From positions 1,093,396 through 1,157,395 of the forward strand of contig NW_018408915.1 of assembly GCF_002113885.1 (NCBI RefSeq): a DNA stretch of 64,000 nucleotides, read 5' to 3'. Position 1 is the first letter of the stretch. Each line of letters begins with the position of its first letter. A program made the position numbers and the translations under genes. This document shows positions 52,690 through 64,000 of this stretch, piece by piece. Source of the DNA: Mizuhopecten yessoensis. Its lineage: Eukaryota. The notes beneath the pieces are model-generated. The model saw only the letters and a program-made list of their open reading frames with translations. It had not been told where the DNA came from and made no database searches.

Positions 52690-53300
52690 AGACCGTATCA
52701 AACAAAGTATTAAATGTTATTACATTATACAATGTAGAACCTTACACGAATTTGTTGAAAATCGATGCATTCGATCATAATGTGTTTGACAATAAATGGT
52801 TGATAACAAGCAAGTCAATATGGTTGATTTCTATTTCGTAAAATGTATGCATACGTAAAGCAAGTACGAACCATGCGTAGTCACGAGAGCAATACTCTCT
52901 GCAGACTGTATCAAATAAACTTTTCAATGTTGTTACATTATAGAACCTTTCACGCATTTATTGAAAATCGATGCATTCCATCATAATGTGTCTGACAATA
53001 AATGGTTGATAGCAAGCAAGTCAATATGGTTGATTTCTATTTCGTAAAATGTATGCATACGTAAAGCAAGTACGAACCATGCGTAGTCACGAGAGCAATA
53101 CTCTCTGCAGACTGTATCAAATAAACTTTTCAATGTTGTTACATTATAGAACCTTTCACCCAATTATTGAAAATCGATGCATTCGATCATAATGTGTCTG
53201 ACAATAAATGGTTGATAACAAACAAGTCAATATGGTTGATTTTTATTTCGTTAAATATAAGCATACGAAATGTAAGTAAGTACTATGCCTAGTCGCGCGA
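52690..53300. repeat. 206-bp tandem repeat (~3 copies) containing a LINE ORF2 C-terminal fragment
   Basis: TCATAATGTGT at 52775, 52981, 53187; minus strand reads HIMIECIDFQ..RERFYNVTTLKSLFDTV. Confidence 0.85.
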
Positions 53301-54259
53301 GGACTACTCCCTCTCTGCGGTCACTTCTACCTATGCCGCATGAACCCACACTGTACTTCTGTATATATATATATTTATATATAAGGTTGTATATTTCTAC
53401 TATCAATATTTATACGCACTGTTTACAATTAAGGAGAGAGCTTTTATAGGCCCAATTCATTTTTATATGTCAGACCTGTACCACAAAATATTTTGAAATG
53501 CAAATGAAAAATATCTATTTTTTTAATTCTGACAATTTATGATGCCAATATGATTTAATACAATTCGCTACGAAAGGTTAAAAATCAGAGTAGGACAGTT
53601 TAATATTTTCCGGTTGTAGGTTAAGTGCTAACATGACCCGGTCTATTAACACGAATGATAATGTTCAGAATATTCTTTAGGTTTTAACGCTGTGTAGTAC
53701 GGGAAATGATTTGGAGCAGGTAATTGCTCTTGAGACTTTTTTTTTTCAATTTCCTCTCAAGCCAATTTAATAGCAGTTGCTTATCTAATTTCTGCTGGTA
53801 ATGTTCATATCTTGGGTTGCAGCGCAAATGTAAATATATCTAAATGGATATGTTGGGAGCTTTCTTGTACGAATTTAAGACAACGGTCAAACGAAAAATA
53901 TAGTAGATTATTTGTAAATTATAAAATTATTGGAATACATATAAATGTGCTGTTATTTTTTATCAGCAGGCATTTTGTCTTTGCTTGTTTGTTTGGTTTT
54001 TGGTTTGTTTTGTATCGATACAATTACGACATTTTGTTCATATCTTAAGATCAACATACACTAGTGTATATGATACATTATATAATGGTGATGAAATTCT
54101 TTAATAATGATATACCTACATATACATGTAGTTGATCAAAACAAGTTTGGCAATAATTGATGATTATGCCGGAAATAATAACAAATTCCATAACGGTTTA
54201 TTGTCATATTATATTTATGTATTTTTTACACCTCTTTTATACTGCTAGATTTCAAGATT

Positions 54260-57200
54260 TCACACTGATGGATCACAAACATGCGCCAAAAAATTATAAA
54301 TGAGATCGATGACACAGTTTGGATGAGCATTAACGTTTTCATTACCAACAGTTCTTTCCCACTCATTGAGAAATATTATTTTGTTGTGGAGATCGACGAA
54401 TTCTTCCCACCATATTCGTATGTGCTGTGATGCCATATAATCTACCGGTACTTGGGCATTGTAGGTGTAGGCGTGCGGTCCCTTGATAGAAATGTGAACA
54501 GTTGGTGACCTTTGAAGTAGCCTTTCAATAGCTTGACGCATTTGTCGCACTTGGTGCCTGAACGCATGCACGGACATACGGAGCATATGCATCCAAAGGT
54601 GAATAAGAATGATACGGTTGTCACCAGCTGGAATATCATCCAAGCGCGTCGCCGCCGAAACGAAGACATTTTTATCAACAAATCCTTGAGAATAGTATGG
54701 CAATTGATGCGGGAACATCCATAAGGTAATGTTATTATTTTTGTCATACGCCAGGACGTCCTGTGGAATATGGGAAATCGGATTTCCCTTCAGAAGTTTA
54801 AATTTCATTTCGTTGATGATACTCGTGCCAATTGAGCGAACATTGGAATCTCCTATCAGTAACAGCTGTCTATTAGCGAAGCAACGCTTGTATCTGGGGA
54901 TAGGCAACCTTTTGGATATTTTACAACGTATGTTTTGCCATCTGCCTTTATAGTAAAATCCGGAAGGACGTGTATTCCAAGAATCTTCTTTTGGCCACAT
55001 ATGACACGGTGTGTCATTTAGGGACATAAGCTCGTTACCTGTAAGTAGACATATTAATATTTACATATTTACATTGAACCGGTGTTCAAGATATGTTATT
55101 AAACCCAAAACAGCTTTAATTCAAATTTACATAATTCATCGAGTTATAAACCTGATTAGATATAGGTGGTCATCCGTAAGATTTAAAGGGTCAGAGGTCG
55201 CTTTTAAATCTTATATACAGAATATCTTCAAAAGTACCTCAATAGAATTATTATGTATTTACAACATACTAGAGTAACAGCCGGTCCTACAGCTGCTTTG
55301 AATCTATTGGTCATTGATCAAAGGTCAAAGCAAAGGTCACACTTGAAAACGTTGTGGGTATACAAATGTCTCTAAATAAGTCCCTGCTCTGTTTGTTCTT
55401 AGTTGTAGTTCATATTAATATTTTCGTAAGAAATTTATTTATTTCATTCGATGCAAATCATACTATTACTAAGATTATGTAACCAACCGTTGACCCGAAT
55501 ACCGAATGTATTGTTGCAACTCTGCTCAAGTAAGGGGTTTTCTTAATCATTTGCTTTGTACTCATAGTGGTTGTTCTTCATAGCTAATTTGACGTGATCT
55601 TCATTTTGTTGTTTTAATTCATGACATGACAACATCTCGGATTTGGTTGTTAATTTGTGACACGACTATATCTCTGATTTGATGGTGAATTGGTGAGAAG
55701 ACTGTTTCTCCGATTTGTTGATTTATTTTTGACACGACTATATCTCTGATTTGGTTATAAATTGATGAGAAGACTGTTTCTCCGATTTGTTGGTTAATTT
55801 GTGATATGACTTAAACCCAACTTCATGGTTTTAGTGAACACCGCAGTGGCGGATGCAGAAGTGTTGCCCTAGCGGCCCATGCAACACCCTTTTTTCCTGT
55901 GTCCAAAATTTATCTGACCCAAGTATATTTGAACATTTTCCTCCAATTCATATGTGAATTTCTCATTATTAAGTTACACCAAGGCTTTCTTTGGCTCCCC
56001 CTAGCCAGTAATTTCAATAGCTGTAGGCATGAGGGTGTTGCCCTAACACCACTGATTTCACTATCCTAAACAATAGGAGATTAATCCCTCTATTGTCAAT
56101 GTCAGTGTCCAGTCATGAACAGGTCAATGATCACTTGGTCTTTGTTTTACCTGACCCTAGCTGGTTATCCTTGTATTGAAGTTCTGTCAGAAGGGAGTTA
56201 GGCTACACCATTTGCTGGAATAAGGTAAAGTAATTATATACGGGCTGATAGATGAAGGCTGAGTCTATTTTCAATTTACCTGTATTTTCACCTGTGGTTT
56301 AAGGAGTAAATGATCATTAAGAGACATTATTGTGATTATAATATGTTGTTTTCCAGTATAATAGAATTTGCTAAAGCATACCGTTTACCTTTTGCTAGCA
56401 ATTGAGGTACAATGTACAGCATACCTTGTATTAATTTACTGTTTATTTTATCCCAAAGAGGAATTTAAACAAATTATTCAATTTGCACTTGAATGTATCA
56501 CTTTGCATCACTAATCATGGGACTGACACATCTCTAGATTCTACTACAACAATGCTATTGTTTGGGATGATTGTTGGGCTGTTAAGTCACCAATGCATTC
56601 AATATAATGAATACCAATCAAAAGATAGTAAGGATCACTGTATTGATTGCTGTGATAGTGGAATGAGGGATACAATATAACATATATGGTTGTTGCCGAA
56701 AACTGTGTCAATTGTAAACCTTGAATTAGTTCACTTTTCATTCGGTGAAAGTGAATACTAAACAAAACATGTTCTAGTCAGGGGAGACTGGGGCAAGTTC
56801 GCCATGTTTTTATTAAAGTCGTTATGGGATGTATGTCAGTTGTTTAAATTTAGGTGTATACACACTATTTTGAAATTCCATGCCTTTCATAAAATAATTG
56901 GAAATGGCTAACATGTCACATTTGAAGAACTATTCAACTTTTCTGTCTGAAGATTGGATGGGCAGTCTGGAGTAAGTTCGGCGCACGTTAGAATCAGCAT
57001 AATTGTGATGTCATAAATCATTGGACGTCAGGTTTTCTCGCCAACTTCACGACTTTAATATGGGGTATGGGCCAGACTTACGCCGGGGCCGAACCTGCCC
57101 TGGTCTCCCCTTTAATCAGTGGCATATACAATATATATAAATCCCTATAGTGTGATGATATAAAATAGTATAGAGCCTTTATGCCAATTCCTTAGCGCAA

Positions 57201-60200
57201 AAAATTGTGGCTTAATTCAGTTTTTATTTTTCAGGTTTGGGCAACACCCTAAGTAAATTTCTGTATCCAAATTCACTAGAAATACAAAATGTCCACTGCC
57301 ATTATTTGTAATAATTTTTCAATACTTTTTCCAAAGACACATTTCATAAAAATCACATGTTGCCAAGTATTTTACAGAATTGTAAATGTAGTAGCATAAA
57401 AGTTGAATGTTTGAAAAAAGAGATAGAAAAAGAAAACTACAAACTGAGAATCTGCACATTACAAAACATTCACTTTACCAATATTGCCATTCAGAAATTA
57501 TACAATCACAGCATCAACGGAATGTCCAATATACGGGCTGCAAAACCTAAAAATTACTTGACAGGGGTGCTTACTCTAAGTCCTCTTGGTTTGTTTTTCT
57601 TGTTTTTTATATATATAGAAGGCGGAAATACTCCAAGTCAAACAAACTCCTGAGTGGAACTCTTCTTTTAGATTATTACTTATGCAGTGGTACCCTTACC
57701 TTAAGTTGTTTTCTGCACACTATTGCCTTTTGTTCATTTTGACTTGTCAATGATGCTAAAGGTCAAAAGAATGAATCTCCATGTCTAAAGAGTTCCGAAA
57801 TAGGTGCAGACGTCAGCAAAGTGCAAAAGGATCATATGGATTTATTTATAAAGTTACAAATTTATAAAATTGCTTAAACAGATACATTTTTTCACTAGCA
57901 AGATTTTCTTGATGTTAATGCTTTAAATGAGGGTTGGGCGTTCATAATGATCTGTTTTACATACGTACCACCTTCTACTTGCAATTCAAGTGTTTGCTGT
58001 AATTTCCGATGCTGGTATTTTCTAAAAATTCAGAGAACCAATCCGTTAGAAATTAACACATGACTTTGAATTGAACTAAAATTAAATTTTTGTGTTTTCT
58101 TTTTTATTGTTGCATAACACATATCGTTGAATAATTAATTATTGAAAGTTTTTACGTTCGAATAAATGCATTTTTCGACAGTATGAAAACAAATGTTGAT
58201 TAAATATTCCATTTTTATTTGCTTACTCAAACATAATTATATTGGTACACCAAAAAACAGCAACCCTAGCGCAAATAAATTAAAAACAAATAACAATAAA
58301 GACAATTACTGTTCATAGCAAAAGTAGATAGATAGATAGATATTACTATATTACTCAATAACTAAATGATATTCTTAAATGTAGTAAGTATTGAAAAGGT
58401 TCTCTAAGTATTACTATGTATATTAGTCAAAGAATCGGTCTTGGCCAAACAGCACCAACACATTCCTAGGTCACTTGAGCAATTGATTTAAATGTATTCG
58501 AGGTGTTATTTGAAGCGGTCTGCCAAGTGTCATATTGAAACATGTAAAAAAAATGGCGGCGTAACTAAATCACGCGACAGCACGTGCTAGGAAAGCTTCA
58601 GTTTGGCTTGTTCATTTAGCGATTATAAATATAAGACAACGACGTTTTTTCCTTCGATAATATTCAACAGTTTGAAAATGTGTAAGATTAAAGTTTTACT
58701 TTATATAAAAAACAATGTACGTATTTAACCGACTGGTCCCCTTTGTTAAGCTAAGACACGTCGTTATACAGGTAAACAATACAAATCGCTCACTCAGTCA
58801 TACATTGACAAAGGTACCAGTCGATCTTAAAATGTTCCGACACGTTTGATACGTACATTGTTTGTGTATAAAGTAAACCTTTACAAAAGACAACGGTATT
58901 AAATAAACACGGGACCGTGTTTTGAACCAGGGAATCATGTACATTTTTGAAATATAATAAGTAACGTAATTTCACGATCGATTAATTTTCCGTCTTAAAT
59001 CATAATAGATATAGTCTAGCTTCTCGTGTTGATGGAGGGTATGTGTCCCAGTTACTTCCCAACTCTAGAGCATTATTCTAACTGAGGTTATCTATGAAGG
59101 ATGAACTTCTACAATAGAACGAGACATCAATCGGCTTTAAATCTTAGCCTGCTTGGTCTGAGTTTTTAGAGCGTCTATGATGATTGAAAACTTATTCACA
59201 TTGGTCTTATGTTTTTACCTTCACACATAATTTCTTTGATTTGACCTGATCTATCCAATTTGAACATTTGAATTATGACATGCTAATGTCGGGCAATGAA
59301 TATAAATTAATGGACAACTCCACCGATCAGTGATTGCTTCAAACCTTTATGGTACTTACCTTATAAATTCCATATCTTTCTTTGAAACATAGGTTTCTCC
59401 ACTACCCAATGCCATTTTCCAATCCTGACATGTAATTTCATGTGTTGTTGGAGCTTTGCAGTACCAATCTAAATCATAGTTCTGTTGAGTTAAATTACAC
59501 ATATTGATTGGATGGGTCAAAGGTTGTGGACCACATTGGGTAAGTTCAGATGGTCCGCGACTTGTTTTATTGAACATGCCGGTTAATATATGAATTGATC
59601 CTGAGTTTTTGACCATCGTAAGGAGAATCAAAATGTTCATTTCGCGCGGTATTGCAATAGAAACATAGAGTCTTGGACGACCCTTCCATGGAAGCAGGAC
59701 ACTTCCGGTGTAGGTGCCATTTTCGTTATCTATTACGTCTCCGGCCACATTGGCTTTGAGTGAATTGTCTCGGAGCCACACCCGTAGAACGTCACCCCCG
59801 GAGGTTTTCCGTCTTCCAAGTTGATCCCGTAGTGTGATGAACACTCTAGCTCGTTCTCCTACGGCGTACGTCCGGTTCTCCACAAGATGAACAGATGAAA
59901 TTACATTACTCGCTACGGTAGTGACGTTATACATCACTTCACTCCCCAACACGAGCGTCGAGTACGGATTGTCCAAATCTTCTTTTGATTTGTCTATTCG
60001 CATGTGTGCCGTTTTCCGTAGCTTTTCCTTGTTCCTTTAAAACATATTAACATTGTTTTAAAAATACCTTCTACATAGTTTTAAGGTTCGTGAATTCCTC
60101 CGTGGAAATCTGCTATTTGTTTACGTTTGTCACAGATCGAGGATTGCGATGATTATTGAGGCTAATTGTCACGTGAAAGGTTCGGTATTCAGTGGACTTT

Positions 60201-60560
60201 TTATGAATGAAGAAATCAATAACATAACAGTATATACATGATAAACACTTTACCACACAATGTTGTCAGCGTTTATCGCTCGAACAATTTTCTCACTCAT
60301 CACTCGCTTATGGCGAAAAAGTCGAGTCCACCTGCAATGGCCTCTGAATCTTTAATGAGAAAATTAATGAGAAAGTGTTTTCACGACAAACCCTGAAAAC
60401 ATATCGTGATTTTCTGGATACACTTGTCGAGAATGAGAGGACATTTGCCTACTTACCATAAAGTAGTGATACCAAGAAGCAGTAAGATTCCTATTACTGC
60501 AAAACAATTCCTCCTTGCTGTACTGCATGTATATGGACATAAACATGCCAATCGATCCAT
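54260..60560 (-). CDS. NXPE: NXPE family (neurexophilin / PC-esterase domain) type II membrane protein, 536 aa; exons 60560-60457, 60034-59360, 58021-57969, 55038-54260
   Basis: N-terminal anchor FAVIGILLLLGITTLW; Ig-like GGDVLRV..DNENGTY; WYCKAP..C; PSGFY; IGDSNVR; C-terminal W..T..NAHP; exon phases all match (1611 nt). Confidence 0.88.
56780..57111. mobile_element. MITE with ~24-bp imperfect TIRs
   Basis: AGGGGAGACTGGGGCAAGTTCG / CGAACCTGCCCTGGTCTCCCCT. Confidence 0.65.
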
Positions 60561-63500
60561 TTCGTCTGTTTTCTCGTGTCCGTGAATCCTATTAAAAAAA
60601 TTATCGATTTCAAAAATCAATAACATCTATTAACGTATTTAAACATTGCATTAATTTCATGTCATTATATGCCAAACCCGATTTTCTCTGACCAGCGAGA
60701 CATCTACTTTCTTTTTCTTCTTATTTCTAACTCTTATTAAAAAATGAAGAGAAAAATTAAAACACACATTTTTAGCGTCCTTTCCGAGCTTTCATGAGTG
60801 TGCATATTCACCAAATCGAAATTGCATACCGACAATAATTCAGTATTCAAATTCAATTATTATAAGACTAGGCTAAGTTTCTTCTTTACAAGTCGTGTTA
60901 TAGATATACAATTTACATTTTATTTTTATATATGGAAAATAAAAATAAAAACACAAAAGGGGATGTAAGCTATGAAATAACTTAATTTTTTAACTTTAAA
61001 ACACATCATTACCTAGCTGGATTCAAAAATTATTTTCCTAGGTCAAATGTTAAAGCATATTAAAATTCCAACAAATATATATTTATATCTGTCAGTGTGA
61101 AGACTTCTTGAAAGAACTGAAGGCATATCATTGATATTGTTTATGTTGCAAATACTTTAATTAGTATAGCATTCATATCTGGCTCGTATCAAAGATAAAC
61201 GTAAAATATATATACACACACACGACCCAACTGGACACATGAGTTTTTTACGATGGTCACTTTAGTCAATCAGAGAAAAACGTGGTAAGGGTATGGTTCC
61301 AATATGGAATCTCGTCGGTGGCCACAAATCAAGCTTAAATTAAAATAGTGAAAACATCTAAACAGTTAAAACTGTATGATCACGGACTTACATAGTATCT
61401 AATCTAATTCCGTGGTATGATCAAAAGGGAGACGACGACAAAAATGGACTTATCTTGTTGCCGCTTCAAAGATTGCACACAGCGTTTTTACGACAGAGTC
61501 AAGATAAACGGGTAAAGTTTATTTAACTTTCACTTGGTCACATATTTCTTCAAATACTAGTCACTCCCTCAGAAAGCCTTGTTTCTTAAGATAATTTTTG
61601 ACAGAACAGTGCAAGATGTAAGGTACACCCGTCTTTATATAGGTCATTAAGGCCCGAGTTTATCGTCTGCTGGCTAACCGAATTTATTGGTTATAAACCA
61701 CTCAAACAAACAACCGAGTTTGTTCCGAGTTTACAGTTAGAACATACATATACAAATCAAAGTTAATTATAAGACTTTAAATATTTTACCGAGTTTAGAA
61801 AGACACAGGAATTTCTGCTGCAACATGTGGACAGTTCATGTGTTGTTACAGGTTAAAATATTAGCCCGAATTTCAGAATGTATTAGTCTGGTGACAGGGT
61901 ACGAGGACTCTAGCTAGTTTTAACATATTTTACGTTTTTTAATGACAGCCATCTTGAATGTTTACAGTAATATATATGTGTTTTGTGTACATACAAATGT
62001 GTATATATACGGACATTTATGAAGTTTGACGGCCATACGTTCGTTAAAAAAAGTAGTTACATCAAGCTACTAGTCGAAAACTTTCAAAAATTAACATGTA
62101 AATTTGTCAAAAAGAGACCGTTTGTGATTTTGTCCCCTAACATCTCGGAATGGTCTCCAAACTGACCTTAATTTCATGTCATATTATGATGGCATTACCC
62201 CAAGTATGTATATACAAAAAATAATACTTATTGGTGATAGCTACCAGAAGGCCCAAATTGGCACCCATCCTTTGTCTTTATATACGCGAAGCCATCGCTA
62301 ACCAAGAGTACAGACCTACGTGCATGATCAAACATGTCATTATATAGACGGTGCATCTGGTATACACTAGCTATAATCGAGATTAAAGTTTTCGTTAATA
62401 ATTCTGTTTAAATGAAACCTTGTGAGTGTGTCTGCATGAATAGTTAATGTTTTCCATATCAATGAAAGTGACAATTAAGTAAAGTGTTTTGTTTTATAAT
62501 CTTGTAAACAATTTCTTCTTGATAACATAGTTTGAAACTCTTTATGAACAATTCATGTCGGGAAATGGACAAGAGACAATGGTTTCGTGCGGATCTTAAT
62601 CAATACTGAAGAAACTCTTATCTATACTTCCATATGTTTCAGCGGTAGCTGTCGCTGAACTTTTGTAAACACATATATGTAAGTGTCTACTGCGCGATTG
62701 ACGGCATTCTCTATGTAATCCAGGTAAAGTGCAGTATTGAAACTTATTTAACTTTGTAACTTGGATTTGGAGTGCTTTTCGCAAAATATGCTACAATATA
62801 TAGTTTATAACCATATATGTTAAAGGTATATTCTTAAAATAAACCATGATATACATACATTTGAGTTGGGTAAATGGGCAATTGCATGGAGAAACAAATC
62901 ACCTCAATAAGATAACGAAATCTGTCCTCGAGATTGCGATTTCCCTCCTTGTTTTTATTGTCGCGTACGACGTGTAAGGAATATTAGCGAAGCATTCTGT
63001 AGAAATGCCACACTTCAGTATGTTCACAATTTTCGATACACGTTTTAAAAGGATTATAACGCAAACTATATGTTATAATTATGTTCTTAGACTTTAAACC
63101 AAAACATCACAAATAAATGTAGTATTTCACTACATATACACATTACCTTTGACTTTGTATCGTTGAATGAAGTCGGCAAATAGGTCATAAACTGTCTTTG
63201 GAGTAGAAGTGGAACCCGCGTCCCGTACGAACACCATGTACGCAAACCAAAATTATAATGGCAGTTGTGCCGCACCGACCTACATGTAACTAATTCTCTA
63301 ACCAGAGTTGTGGTTCCTTACAAGTTCGCTACACCTCGTAGAGATTGACATGTAACATACCTCTTATACACGCCCAATTCATACACGCCCAATTCACGTC
63401 ACAGCCCACATGCATGCATAATTGCAATGTATTGCCATAGAATAAATTGGTTTGTCCTACTCAATGAACCAGTGGTATTGTTCGTTCTGATACTGGAGCT

Positions 63501-64000
63501 TATTGCTAGTCTGATCAACATACTGCATAGTGCATCCTTTACAGCTGATGTGCTCGTCAGTATTAATGATTTGTACAATTTTTGATCCTTTTGTAACAAG
63601 ATCATAACGATAGCAGTTCCATTCTTATATTTAAAAAACAATACCAATAATAGTACACTGAGTAGTGTATACAAAGCCAGTGGTCACAATGGCTGTATGT
63701 TTACCAACAATAGCCAGGTGTTGTTTATGAAACAATGGCAAGTCGTTTATGACTGGTTCACAAAGCTCCATTGCAATTTTGTTTTATTACTTAAGGCCTT
63801 TAGTTCATACTTTTACAATAGCCTGGCAGATATAGGAGGATGAGGGAGCTATACCTTTACAGCATATATGAACAATTCGGATAAAAGTGGACATGTTATA
63901 TTACAGGTACAGACTTAATAAAAGGAATATCTATTACATGGACATATAATAGTTTGAATACGTGGAATATACATAATCGACGCGGGTGGCTACACAAGGA

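Overview
AT-rich eukaryotic DNA with spliceosomal introns. The repeat landscape (Helentron-associated elements with internal satellites, tRNA-derived SINEs) suggests a mollusc, probably a bivalve (inference). Host genes reconstructed by hand from GT-AG exon phases: (1) a membrane-anchored laccase/multicopper oxidase (6013-13474, +) with a frameshifting deletion and a mutated acceptor, probably a pseudogene; (2) RPS9 (22067-24559, +); (3) a 10-exon, 341-aa flavin-reductase-like protein fused to an uncharacterised His-motif domain (27416-41106, -); (4) mitochondrial rRNA methyltransferase MRM2/FTSJ2 (42144-43588, +), head-to-head with (3); (5) an NXPE-family gene (54260-60560, -). The most striking object is a DIRS/PAT-like tyrosine-recombinase retrotransposon in the laccase intron. 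It encodes gag, RT-RNaseH-MTase and YR, carries an array of palindromic 11-nt cores with alternating spacers between pol and YR, and has a predicted intron that removes pol plus the array to express YR. Also notable: a structured candidate poison exon in RPS9, a TRIM whose LTRs contain a tRNA-derived Pol III promoter, a gypsy fragment with a perfect tRNA-Pro PBS, and several filled/empty-site pairs that expose insertion mechanisms.
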